DNA of 64,000 nt from Eledone cirrhosa (Eukaryota). The DNA is taken from NCBI GenBank assembly GCA_964016885.1, contig OZ024742.1, positions 89,900,001-89,964,000 of the forward strand, given 5' to 3'. The translations under genes and the position numbers were made by a program. Below the pieces are notes generated by a model, which worked only from the letters and a program-made list of their open reading frames with translations, was not told the DNA's origin and ran no database searches. This document shows positions 46,000 to 59,251 of this stretch, piece after piece (position 1 is the stretch's first letter; the number at the start of each line of letters is the position of its first letter).

Positions 46000-46144
46000 C
46001 CGGTTAATACATTTACATACATCTATATTATTATATATTTGAACATTGACCGGTTAATACATTTACATACATCTATATTATTATATATTTGAAAATTGAC
46101 CGGTTAATACATTTACATACATCTATATTATTATATATTTGAAA
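46000..46144 (+). repeat. Three 50-bp tandem repeats in the LINE 5' UTR
   Basis: ccggttaatacatttacatacatctatattattatatatttgaa starts at 46000, 46050 and 46100. Confidence 0.9.
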
Positions 46145-46404
46145 CCACGTGTTTTCGAACTTGTGAGTACATTTTCCTTTAACTACAAATTATTATTATA
46201 TACTTTCGTCTTTTCATTAACTTAATTAATTTCAAATTACCAGAATATACATATATATATATATATATACTCATATTTATATATATACTCTTCTCACTCA
46301 CACACAAGAAAAACAAAAAACAAAAATAAATCAAAAATAAATTTAAAAAAAAATATATATATATTGAAATACTTAACTAAAACACACACACACTCAAAAC
46401 TAGA

Positions 46405-47516
46405 ATGGCTAACCAGCAAAAATCCAAACAGAACTGGTCTGATAATGAAATCGACATTCTAATAAACACATGGCATTGCCTTTCCCAAACAGAAGATATA
46501 GATGCTTCATCTCTGAACGACATTGCTAAACGTACAGTTCAATTTTTGAAAACTCGATCTGAACAACAGATTCAAAATAAATTAAAGCAAATCGAAATTG
46601 CTTTTAAATTAATCAATAAACATTTGGATAAACTACGGTGTGTTTTCTCTTCGAATGCTGTCCAGCAGCAGCAACAACAACAACAGCAGCTACAACAACA
46701 ACAACAGCTACAACAACAACATCAGCAACAGCAACAACAACAACAACGACAACAACAGTGTGAACCACTCCTTGATTCATCAACAATGGCCGATCTACTA
46801 AATGAAACTATTGACCCCCCCCAGTAGCCTCTGTCTCACAGCATGAAACGCCACATCCTTTCTCTGGCCCAGTAGTCCAATCATCACCTCTGCCTACTAC
46901 TACTACTACTACTACAACATTTTTGTCTACTGCTATGTCAAGGAATTTACCTTCTAATACAGTCCACAAAGGTCGTCAAATCCTACCCAAACCATCATCT
47001 ACACCTCTCACAGCACACACACCCACATACCCACCCACTCGAAACCCCATCATTTGCCGCTACTCTCTACGCTATAGAATATGTACGGATAGTGGCTGCA
47101 AATTCACCCATTTACCTAGGACAAAACGATCTATCCCCACAAACAGCCACCACCATAATACATACTCTAATTTAACACCAACACAACCACCAATAACTCA
47201 AACAAGGAATCCACAAATCTGCCGTTTTTCCCTGCGAGACAGATTGTGTTTAGACCGGGATTGTCCCTTTACCCATCTCCCGGGGACCCGTCGGACAAAT
47301 GAAAATAAAATTAAAAATAAAAGCAAAAACAAAAACCATAACCTACATAAAAATAACCACTACCACAGTCACCAACAGTCTTCTAAACAGGAAACTTCTT
47401 CCTCTTTTTTAGCCATAATGAATCTGGCAAAAGAACTGGAAAAAAACATTCGAGCTATCACCCAGCACCACCCTCCACTATCACCCCACTGCACAAACTC
47501 CCATTGCTGCCATTAA
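46405..47516 (+). CDS. LINE ORF1: Myb/SANT-like domain, poly-Q and two CCCH zinc fingers, broken by a -1 shift in a C8 run (46815-46822)
   Basis: NWSDNEIDILINTW..RSEQQIQNKLKQI, CRYSLRYRICTDSGCKFTH and CRFSLRDRLCLDRDCPFTH. The -1 frame is open from 46815. Confidence 0.75.
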
Positions 47517-50500
47517 CAAACAAACAAATTAACAACACACCAAAACAATTAAAACCATCCACTCTCGCCTCTACATTTTTGCTTAACGCCCAAGGCATCA
47601 GCCCTTCCACCAATACTCAAAAATGGAAGATCAAATTCCTGGAGGACTGGATTGATGTCCATCCAAACCACATCCCTTTCTTCGTCCTCACTGAAACCCA
47701 TCTCAGTAACCTCCACTTGGAAGCCGAGGTGAAAGTGAAAAATTTCAAAGCCATCCGTGCTGATCGCGCTGGCAGAAGAAAGGGCGGAACTGCCATTTAT
47801 GTCCATAATTCTTTCTCAACAGAGGCTATGAACATATTCACTAATGGATACTGTGAAGCAGTCACTGTATTCAGTCAAACCAACAACCTATTAGTAGTTG
47901 GGCTCTATAGGCCACCCCAAACGCCTGTACCATGCTTCAAGGAATGCCTCAACAGCATAAAGTGTTTCATCCAAGAGTGTCACCCTGACAACATCTTAAT
48001 GATGGGGGACTTCAACCTCCCCGGAGTTGACTGGTCCACAAACAGCCTGCCACCAGGTTCTTCTGCCTCAACCTCTGACAGGGAAGCTGTGGAATCGCTT
48101 CTTGACTTCATGGATGATTTCTTCCTATCCCAACTGGTGCTCGAACCAACGAGGTGCCACAAAAACGTCCTAGACTTAATTTTCAGCAATCACACTGACA
48201 ATATCCACAATATTGCAGTGGAGAAAACTCTACTCTCTGATCATGACATGGTTCTCTGTGATCTGAGATTCCACCGTCCAATATGCAAACCCAATGTCAT
48301 CTCTCCTGTCCATCCGTTTGACGCTATGGATTTCCACAATGCAAACTGGGAAGCGATCAGTCATGATCTTGCACATGTCGACTGGTCCTTCACGCACACT
48401 CATACACCCACTAACATCAAAAAGTCCTGGCAGACATTTGTGGACACTGTTACAAACATATGTGCTAAACACACCCCATTAAGAACTATAAACAAATCTA
48501 AGAGCAGAATCCCTAGAAATAGAAAAACGCTCATCAGAAACATTAAGAGAACGAACAAAAAAATCAACAAGCTGAAATACTGTCAGCAGCAACACATCAA
48601 CGTGACTGCCATTTCATCACTAGAGATTAAAAAACATAACCTCCAAAACAACATAATGTCCCTCATCAACAATCAGAGAAGAGCTGAAGAGGCCTGGGCC
48701 ATTGAGAAGATCAAACTCAATCCCAAAGTGTTCTTTTCATTTGCAAAAAAACACAAAATCACTGGCTCTACTGTTGGCCCTCTAATTGATGAAAATGGCA
48801 CTCTTCAAGACAATGCTAAAACCATGGGTGAGATACTGCAGAAACAATACTGCTCTGTTTTCAGCAATCCTGATATGGCCGATCTGGGCTGTATCGGCGA
48901 TGTTACTCCCCATTACACCTTATCGGACATAACGTTTGGCGCCCCTGATGTCTTGGCGGCAATAAAGGAAATCAAGCATAATTCAGCAGTAGGTCCCGAT
49001 AGGTTCCCTGCTTGTGTCTTGAAGGCGTGTCAACACCAACTTGCATCTCCTCTTGCCAATCTGTGGCGGAACTCACTGGATGCTGGATATGTGCCAGAAA
49101 ACCTTCTATCCCAGTCTGTTGTCCCAGTTTTCAAAAAGGGAAACAAATCCCTTGCCGTGAATTACCGTCCAATCTCACTCACCTCTCATATCATTAAGGT
49201 ATTTGAGCGAGTGGTGAGATCGCGAATGACCCACTTCCTTGAGAGTAACAATATGCTGAACTCCAACCAGCATGGATTCCGTAATGGAAGGGATTGCCTG
49301 ACGCAGCTACTGCATCACTTTGATGACATTTTGAGAGCCTTGGGAGAGGGTTCCAACACTGATGTTATCTACCTTGATTTCAGCAAGGCCTTTGACAGGG
49401 TTGATCATAACATTCTACTGAGAAAGCTGTCCAATATTGGTGTCACTGGAAAGCTGCTGCAGTGGATCAAGAGCTTCCTGTCAAACAGAACCCAACATGT
49501 TGTAGTTGAGGGAGTCAAATCAAGCCCAGCCAAAGTCAGTAGTGGGGTCCCACAAGGCACTGTGTTGGGCCCACTTCTCTTCATCATCTATATTAATGAC
49601 ATCACTGACATCATCAAACACAGCAACATTAAAATTTTCGCTGATGATTCCAAGCTCCAAAAGGTCATCAATGGCGTGGATGACCGGATAAGCCTTCAGT
49701 CAGACCTACTGGCTGTTACCCAATGGGCAGAAAAGAACAACATGTTACTGAACGAAGACAAATTCGAACTGATCCACTTTGGAAAAGAGGATGCTCTGAA
49801 ACTCCCGTACTCCCTTCCCTCCGGGGAAACTCTCGTGGCATCTAACAACATCAGAGACTTGGGAGTAACCGTGGACAGCAACATAAGCTGGACCACGCAT
49901 ATAAGCAGCAAAGTTGACATGGCCCGCAGAATGTGTTCCTGGATCCTCAGAACCTTCCAGTCGAGAGATTCCCGCACCATTATCCTTCTCTTCTCTACTT
50001 TCGCCCGACCACACCTTGAATACTGTTGTCCACTGTGGTCTCCCCACACGAAACAAAGTATCATGAAACTTGAAGCTCCTCAAAGGGCAATCACGAAAAA
50101 GATAGATGGCATGTCAGACCTTGACTACTGGGGTCGATTAGAAAACCTGAAACTTTACTCACTCCAACGTCGCCGTGAGCGTTATATTATCCGCATGATG
50201 TGGAAAATGTTCCATCATCACTGCCCAAATGATGTTGGCATCGCCTTCAAGATACACCCAAGGCTTGGGCCCCGTGCTATCCGTCCCATTCAAAAATCTA
50301 AATCGCAACTAATAACAACAATACGGCACAATTATTTCACCTCAATCGGCCCTGCTCTCTTCAACATCACACCAGGACACGTCAAAACAGAAACTGACCA
50401 CACAAAATTCAAGAAGTCTTTGGACAAATTCCTCCAGGTAATCCCGGACAAACCACCCACACCCGGATATGTCTCCGCAAACAGTAATTCTCTTCTCGAA

Positions 50501-50524
50501 TGGGCCATGGTGCCCAAATCCTGA
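47387..50524 (+). CDS. LINE ORF2: APE endonuclease plus reverse transcriptase, uninterrupted
   Basis: LTETHL, YRPP, GDFN, LDL, SDH; NYRPISL, QHGFR, LDFSKAFD, GVPQG, FADD. The frame opens at 47387 with no ATG before the endonuclease domain. Confidence 0.95.
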   Translation, partial: TGNFFLFFSHNESGKRTGKKHSSYHPAPPSTITPLHKLPLLPLTNKQINNTPKQLKPSTLASTFLLNAQGISPSTNTQKWKIKFLEDWIDVHPNHIPFFVLTETHLSNLHLEAEVKVKNFKAIRADRAGRRKGGTAIYVHNSFSTEAMNIFTNGYCEAVTVFSQTNNLLVVGLYRPPQTPVPCFKECLNSIKCFIQECHPDNILMMGDFNLPGVDWSTNSLPPGSSASTSDREAVESLLDFMDDFFLSQLVLEPTRCHKNVLDLIFSNHTDNIHNIAVEKTLLSDHDMVLCDLRFHRPICKPNVISPVHPFDAMDFHNANWEAISHDLAHVDWSFTHTHTPTNIKKSWQTFVDTVTNICAKHTPLRTINKSKSRIPRNRKTLIRNIKRTNKKINKLKYCQQQHINVTAISSLEIKKHNLQNNIMSLINNQRRAEEAWAIEKIKLNPKVFFSFAKKHKITGSTVGPLIDENGTLQDNAKTMGEILQKQYCSVFSNPDMADLGCIGDVTPHYTLSDITFGAPDVLAAIKEIKHNSAVGPDRFPACVLKACQHQLASPLANLWRNSLDAGYVPENLLSQSVVPVFKKGNKSLAVNYRPISLTSHIIKVFERVVRSRMTHFLESNNMLNSNQHGFRNGRDCLTQLLHHFDDILRALGEGSNTDVIYLDFSKAFDRVDHNILLRKLSNIGVTGKLLQWIKSFLSNRTQHVVVEGVKSSPAKVSSGVPQGTVLGPLLFIIYINDITDIIKHSNIKIFADDSKLQKVINGVDDRISLQSDLLAVTQWAEKNNMLLNEDKFELIHFGKEDALKLPYSLPSGETLVASNNIRDLGVTVDSNISWTTHISSKVDMARRMCSWILRTFQSRDSRTIILLFSTFARPHLEYCCPLWSPHTKQSIMKLEAPQRAITKKIDGMSDLDYWGRLENLKLYSLQRRRERYIIRMMWKMFHHHCPNDVGIAFKIHPRLGPRAIRPIQKSKSQLITTIRHNYFTSIGPALFNITPGHVKTETDHTKFKKSLDKFLQVIPDKPPTPGYVSANSNSLLEWAMVPKS

Positions 50525-50609
50525 ATTGAAAGACTTCGCCAGGTGGTGCTATTAAGTTAGACATGGCCTGGGCCAATACTGGCCAAAACATTTCAAAGTT
50601 ATTCAAAGT

Positions 50610-50644
<35 letters not shown>

Positions 50645-50664
50645 GTATATATATATATATATAT

Positions 50665-51272
50665 GTCAGGTCACCAGTTGGTGCTACTGGTAACATGTAT
50701 CCCAGTACAACCTGTCTCATGGTCGGGTCGTTGGCGACTAAACTGGCAACCCCACCAAGGTTTCTTGGTGAGGAGGGTGACTTTGGACATCCTGCAGGAC
50801 TAAAAACAAAACCTGTCAAAGGTCAAAGGAGCTCTTAAGAGTCAATGGCCATCCAAAATCACCGGGAGAGATGACCCCTTAGCCTTAGTCAAGGTAGAAT
50901 TCTAGGAGAAGGAAAACTCTGATATAACACCTGCAACCCTGATGATATCCAATGATGTTGACTTGTTCTTCTTTTTGGTAAATATCATCTTGGTTAAGAG
51001 AGTGGGACTGGCTTTGTGCAGTGCCTTTGCTCACTATAAAAGCTTCACGGCACAGGCATTGCTTTATATCTGGAGATCTCTCTGCATTTGTCGTCACATG
51101 GTACCATGGGCCCAGCACTATGTGTCAATAATTGTCACAAGTGTAGTGTTTGTACCAGAGTTTTGAAGTCGCTGGTTAGACTAAAAAGTCACACTCGTTC
51201 AGCGTATCGGTAGGGGTTCTCCTACATGGATATAAAGTAGTGGCCGTACTCGAAAACGAGTTGGCAGCCACC
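50665..51272 (+). mobile_element. Non-autonomous bipartite RTE derivative (5' UTR joined to the 3' end)
   Basis: RTE-like leader (ggagaaggaaaactctgat), a C-terminal finger remnant [20 protein letters not shown], and a 3' hairpin actcg-aaaa-cgagt followed by (TA)n. Confidence 0.6.
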
Positions 51273-52093
<821 letters not shown>

Positions 52094-52580
52094 CATATAT
52101 ACACATACATACGTACATGCACATATCTGTATATATAACATACCTGGACCGCAAACTTCGAAACTATTGAATATCTAAGTGAGGTTTCTCTAAATCCGAA
52201 ATCAACAAAATCCACTGGTGGTGTATACAAGTTAGGTTTCTGGAAGATCGAACAGAGTATTTACTTTCTCAACAGGCTTTCGTTCTAACCCAAATCCCGG
52301 TGTGATAGCACATGTTACTACAAAGGGAGGTAACCCCGGTTTATAGCGGTCAAAATCAAATTATGATCAATGGAAAAAATTCCATACACAAACTGAATTA
52401 AGCACTCAACCAGACCGTCATTAAACAAACTTAAATAATTAACCAATCAATGGAATTGTCAAATTAAATTAATCAATTAATCATTAGGTCAAGGAGATAG
52501 TAATGCAAAAGTACATATCTGTATATATAACATACCTGGACTGATATTCGAAATTATTGAATATCTAAGTATATATATAT

Positions 52581-53648
52581 ATAAACGGAAAAAATGAAAC
52601 CAAATTTCATTTCCACATCTTAGTACGGCTGTTACTTAAATATGAGTATGTACACGTACATATATATATGTATACAGACGTACAGTAGTATGTATATATA
52701 TATACATACATGCACACATATATATATGTACGTATGGATTCACCGAACATTTATTATAATGCTGGGTGTGTTTGTAAACAAACATCCCGTATTAAGCCGT
52801 AGTGTCTAGCAACCATTGTTGCTCGTTTGTTCAACACTGACAAAGGAACGCTGTACTAGTTTCAAGCTTATTAGCTATCGTCAACAACGTATACCTATCT
52901 GCCAGATTGTTGAACGTATATACTTACCTTATGCATATTAACGGCTGAGTAGCCCGATTTGCATATCGAGTGGCTTAATCCGCCGGGTGCACCGAAAATG
53001 ATAAACGGAAAAAATGAAATGAAATTTCATTTCCACCTCTTAGTACGGCTGTTACTTAAATATAAGTATGTACACGTACATACATATATATATATATATA
53101 GACGTACAGTAGTATGTATATATATATACAAACATGCACACATATATATATGTACGTATGGATTCAGCGAACATTTATTATAATGCTCGGTGTGTTTGTA
53201 AACAAACATCCCGTATTAAGCCGTAGTGTCTAGCAACCATCGTTGCTCATTTGTTCAACACTGACAAAGGAACGCTGTACTAGTTTCAAGCTTATTAGCT
53301 AGCGTCAGCAACGTATACCTTCCTGCCAGATTGTTGAACGTATATACTTATCTTATGCATATTAACGGCTGAGTAGCCAAATTTGCATATCGAGTGGCTT
53401 AATCGGCCGGGTGCACCGAAAATGTTAAACGGTAAAAATGAAACGAAATTTCATTTCCCTCTCTTAGTATGGCTGTTACTTAAATATAAGTATGTACACG
53501 TACATACATATATGTATACAGACGTACAGTAGTATGTATATACATACATGCACACATATATATATGTACGTATGGATACACCGAACATTTATTATAATGC
53601 TCGGTGTGTTTGTAAACAAACATCCCGTATTAAGCCGTAGTGTCTAGA
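52581..53648 (-). mobile_element. Second retrozyme-like array (~424-bp unit, ~2.5 copies), a diverged relative of 9485-11484
   Basis: Hammerhead motifs at 52848-52890 (core TTGACGA) and 53272-53314 (core CTGACGC), with stem I ACGTTG/CAGCGT. Confidence 0.8.
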
Positions 53649-56600
53649 TCCCAAATTGATGTCAAATTGATGTCATACTCGCGGCCAGTAAAACCATAGT
53701 TGCATGTGAAGATCAATTATGGACCCGCAAGGATTCACCTAACAACTTCGACATAACTATGGGAACTAGTGACTCGGCGCAGATCACAGATTTGTTAGGC
53801 CTGAAATGAAAATCATAAGAATTTACCCTACCTCAATGGTGGTTTACATCGTGACGATGCACTACTACTTAATGACTATAAAAAAATTAATATAGAAAGA
53901 ACTAGGAAACAATTGCATAAAATGTTTAAAAGCTTCAACTTAAGTATTACGTTAGATAGAAACACTAAAAACGTTAACTTCCTTTATGCTACCCTTTGCT
54001 TGGACTCTAAAATGTATACACCCTTTCATAAACCAAACGAAAAACTACTTTATGCAGATACCAACTCTAACCACACTAAATCTATATTAAACTCAATTAC
54101 TAAAGGAGTATCTAATAAAATTGCCACACTATCTTATAATGAAACTATATTTAACAGAAATTCCCAATAATATAATGAAAGTTTAGCTCGCTCAGGCCAT
54201 AAAAATAAAATAAAATTTTTACCGAAAAAATCACCTAGTTACAACATTATTTCTCACAATATGGCCATGAATAAAGGTAATAAATGTACTGACCACTCTA
54301 ACTCTAGTATGAAGAGTAATAACAAAGTTAACTCTCGCTAGAATAAACACCCCAATAATAATAATGTAAACAGAAATATAAACAATACTTCAAATAACAT
54401 TACAAAAAGTAATTACAAAAATAGAAGAACTAATACATTTTTCAATCCCCTTTCAATCTAAACGTTTCCACCAACTTGCCTAAGGCTTTCTTCTCAATCT
54501 TGGAAAGAAACGTCTCAGTCGGCCATAAATACCATAATCTTATCAATAAAAATACCATCAAAATATCTTACTCTACCACACCTAACATCGCGAACTATAT
54601 AGCTAGTACTAATAAAAGGAAGATTAATAATTATTTCCAACTAATTAAATCGCAACAGGGAGTGAACTTACATAACAACAGAGTACCAGAGAATTATAGT
54701 AGCAGTAATAATAATAGTAATAGCACTAATGAATTTAATAACAATGGGAATTATAATCATCATTACCCAAATGCTCTCCCTAACATCCATGCACCTACAC
54801 ACCCTATTAACCAGCTAGTAAACAACCAAAATAACTGTAATTGTAGAACAAATAGAAACTGCTCCTTGGGAAAAAATTGTTTAAACAAAGTGATCATTTA
54901 CTCATGCACAGTCGTTAAAAATAACACTTCGAAAACATATATCGGCTCTACTTCGATCTGCTTCAAGACGAGATATATGCGCATCTTCACACTTTAAAAA
55001 ATCGCAACCTAGCCAACTCCACTTCTTTATCTAAGTACATACACTCTCTGAAAACTAGGAATAGACCATATACACTTCAATGGGAAGTAATAGATAAGGC
55101 CAGCTCGTATAGACCACCGAAATTATTATGTAACCTCTGTCTTCTAGAGACTCGCACAATATTCTATTCTAAGCTAAAGATTTTAAATAGAAAATCAGAA
55201 ATGTTTTCCACGTGCCGACACTACCACCAACACTTTTTCCACAATTTTAAACCTAGCTGCTAATATATAACAATGTCATATCTTGATTCCTCACCACCGT
55301 TAACACTTTACCTCTAGGTTTTATCAGTATATAATACCCCCATAGCATCACATTCGTGTATCAGCTCATCCCTCCACTTATCTCCTGTTTATCTCAGATC
55401 CTATGCTCAATGATAATTATAGAGAATAAACATAACTTTACCACCACTTAATATAACTACAATACCTTCCTTACCAATAATTCATTCATTTAATTAGTAT
55501 ATGGGTAGGTAGTGGTAAATTGAGACCTTTGACATATTATATAGCAAACAGATTGTATATAAAATTAAATATTAAAATATTAAAATATTAAAATAAATAG
55601 CATTATATAAATGGATTCACTTATAATATAATATAGTGTATATTAACACATAGAATCTAACTAATTGGAGTCATAAACAACTAACACCAGATTATACATT
55701 TTTCTCTTATACACAAATTAATCAGCAATTACCTCCCCTTTCCCATTAGCTTCCCTTAGTGTAGATCTCTAATCACTTCCTGAAATTAAACCGTTAGACA
55801 GATCACTCCAGAACAACTCTAATCTTTGATAAGATTGTAGTGAGACCAATACACAATCCATAGTTGTAGCTACTGAGAAATATTTCCCGAAATATAACCA
55901 ACGTAATGGAAAGGAAAACCTTGGTATTAACACTCACAACACATATACATTTGAACATTACCGGAACAATTTTAACATTGCATCCACCATAAACTATCAT
56001 AGAAACTGCTTTTCATACCCAGGCATCTCTGTCTGCTTGATATGCGTTTACACCTGTATTGTATTATGTGATACCATTGCCATACTGTGATCTATATGCT
56101 TAGTACCATTGCTCGTGTTTCACCTTGTTACTCTGTACATGCATAATACCTCTGAACTCTTTCACTATGTTTGCCTATGTACCGCTAAAGTCCTCATTTT
56201 GCGAGTAACTTTCTTCTTTAATTCTTCTATAATTGTTGTATTATTCTTTTATAATCTTTGTCGCATCCAATGATACTAACCACATCACCTTCACTCTTTA
56301 AATATGACACCGTTAGTGACAACAGTAATATCTACGTGTGTGTACTGTGGAATATGAGGTTAATTACATGTGTAAACTTTGCTAATGCTCCGAGGATTCC
56401 AAACAAAAGTTTGGAAGAAAAGATTGTCAGCAACAAAATGTTTTGAACATAGTTTTGATTATTCTGTAATTTATATTCCTACTCTGTAAGACATCTGATG
56501 TATTTACATTCAGCTATTTTTCATCCTGGTATTAAGGTGGCATAAAAAGAATACTGACCTTTCCTGTTTATAATTATATATAGTGTATATATAATTATAA
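53649..56600 (+). mobile_element. Degenerate 5'-truncated Penelope-like element related to 41820-45240
   Basis: NNFDITMG, HRDD, CNCRTNRNC, IYSC..YIGST, CNLCLLE and CRH, followed by a 3' UTR with a hammerhead. Confidence 0.85.
56386..56432 (+). ncRNA. Hammerhead, U4C core variant with a damaged stem III
   Basis: TGCT-CCGAGGA-TTCCAAAC aaaa GTTTGGAA-GAAA-agattg-TC-AGCA. Confidence 0.65.
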
Positions 56601-56699
56601 ATATTATTATTATTATTGTTGTTTTTATTTTGTTTCATTATTGTTTCTGAGATATATGCTGAGTGTCTTTCTGACACCTAGGGTAAATAAATGCGCAGT

Positions 56700-59251
56700 G
56701 TGTATTGGTAAGCCAGTTAATACAGCACTTTGATTATAATTTAAAAAAAAAACAATATACATATATACACATGTGCATATGCATATGTAAATAAAAGGAG
56801 GGATATCAATCATACAGAGATAGTGCTCTTCTCAATATGTGTGCAGTACCAGTCAAAACAATTTTTTGCACCTTTTTTTCAGTACGTCATCATCAGACAA
56901 AATATATGATTTGATACATGACATACCGCTACGATCTTGATTGTTCAATTCCAGTATTGGCAGTGATTTATTTCATCAAATTTCAATGTTTATATACCAC
57001 AAATAATATGATAAACTTAAATAAGAAAAGGACGTAGAGAAAATTATAGATATGAGAGAGGGTGTAAAGAAGAGGAAAGGCAAGATAAAAAAATAATAAT
57101 AAATAAATACGTACATAAATAGATAAATGAATAAAAAATAAATGGATGAATGAGTAAAAGAAATATATAAAAAAGAAAAGAGGAATAACGACAAAAGAGG
57201 GAAGATGTGAGGAAAGTAAAGGGAACAGAGGGGGGTAAAGAAAATAAAGAAAAATAAAGGAACATCAAAAAGAGCGGGATAGGGAAAGGAACCGTTGTTT
57301 TCAAATGCTAGATCAAATAGGACATCCAATCAATTCACATAATCAATTGAATATCTTTTGTATTTGATTATGCTTTAGCTAATTATACTTATATATTAAA
57401 CCAAAATTAATCAGTATACATTACTTTCTATAGCAATCACATATATAGTTTAATTAAGAATTTATATAATTTAATTTAATTCATTATAGATCATTATTTT
57501 TAATTTTAAGGTAAGATATTCTATAAATATTTTGTTACAACTTTAAAAGAATTAATCTTTAAAGCGTATTTAAATAATTATTAAATATTGATTAAAATCT
57601 AATACCATGCATATATCACCATCAATACATTTAATATATTTCGATCATCTATTACCCAAATTCTTTTATTCAATTATGATATTCTCTTTATAAAATCTTA
57701 CTATTCTTTAATTTTCATTTAATTCCTTGGATTAAACTGCAGTTACATTTAATCTAAAAAGTTGTTACATTTATTAATGATAGGTTATATTTACTACTAT
57801 ATTTACTTATTTTCATATATAGTTTCCTTTTAGTGATAGTCTATATATTATTAATCTACATATTTCATATCGAATATAACTTAGGAAGCTAGTCAAAAAG
57901 AAAAAGAAATTTACGGACAATGTAAACAAAAGGAAGATAACTCATTCACCATATGCAAACATTTATAACATATCTCTATCTCACGTTCCGCGATATTTCG
58001 AAAACCGTAAATCATCTATTGTATATATCATAAATAATGTCTAGTTACATATTGAACTGACCTAATCAAAACATAGGATAACGAGACTCTTAATGAGATT
58101 ATTCTAAAGATATAAATATCACTAAATTATTACCACAATAAGGCAAAAACTTATATATATATATAAAATTATTAATTGTCAATATTTTTCCGAAACTTGT
58201 ACATTGCCTGGAAAGTTTTACCGATTTTATGGTAACAACTACTAAATAATTCATTTTTTTGTTGTTGATTAAATTGTCATAATTTGTAATTATCTGTAGA
58301 GTCTCAATGTTACAAAGATTGCAATTTTGAGAAATAGTTGAGTTCCGATAGGGGGTAGCATTATTTAATTTTGTGCAAGAGATGGAGTATTTAATATTAT
58401 TGTCCTTTAAAGGCCATATTAATTGTGAAAGTGAAGTTGAAATTATCTTATCTGGTTTACTGAGAGATTGTCTATGATTTTACCAACGTTCCTTAAATTT
58501 AGATGAAGTGGCACCAGTGTAGTTATATATATTATTATTTGTTTTAATGGTACATTTATATACTATATTCCTGTCAAGGCAATTATTTTCTAAAGGACAT
58601 TCGGACTTCTTACTACAATTACATTTCTTCTCAATATTATTTACATTATTATTTAAATGTGTTCTACTATTATTCATGTTTAAACTATTATTATTGTTAT
58701 TCCCATTACTAATGTATTGTTATTATTATTTTATTTATTGCTAATTAAACGTTGGTTCAAATTAAGATTTTTACTATTTATTTTTGCTATATTTTGAGCA
58801 ATACTTATAGTTGTTGAATAAGAGTGTATAACTGTGTGTCTATTGAAGATAGATTAATATTTATGTGCCCCAGGGAAGCATTATCCAAAGCTTTAAAAAT
58901 GAATGTGCTACAGATGTTTTAATAGCTAATGATGCTGGCGGAGCATACCAAATTATAGATCTAGTTCTTATATTTTCCCCGATTTATGCATCAAGTTGTT
59001 GTTTTTATATTTATTTTTATTATGATTACTATGCTTATAATTAATCTTATTTTCAGTATCTTTTTCTATATATAATCAATACTATTGTTATATCCAGCTT
59101 TATGTAACGCTTCATTATAATATACAGCCTTACTATTAAATAGGGATCTATTAGCAGATAGCCTGGATATTCGTTGTTGTACACTGTTGACTATTGCATT
59201 CTTAACACTTTTAGGATGATTAGAATAAAAACTAACATAATTTAAGTTCAA
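56700..59251 (-). mobile_element. Degenerate Penelope-like 3' fragment
   Basis: SNHPKSV..YYNEAL..GY, CNCSKKSECPLENNCL..VYKC..YTGAT and CNLC on the minus strand at 58200-59251. Confidence 0.8.

Larger units (their letters stand above)
45996..50610 (+). mobile_element. Full-length CR1-superfamily LINE
   Basis: 5' UTR with 50-bp repeats, ORF1, an intact ORF2 and a short 3' UTR ending in (ttcaaagtta)2, inserted in (TA)n. Confidence 0.92.

Noticed and set aside
46000-46144. CRISPR-like regular repeats
   Set aside because: Contiguous tandem repeats without unique spacers, no cas genes, and a eukaryotic context.
47549-50517. Antisense ORFs within LINE ORF2
   Set aside because: Shadow frames of a coding sequence with no recognisable motifs.
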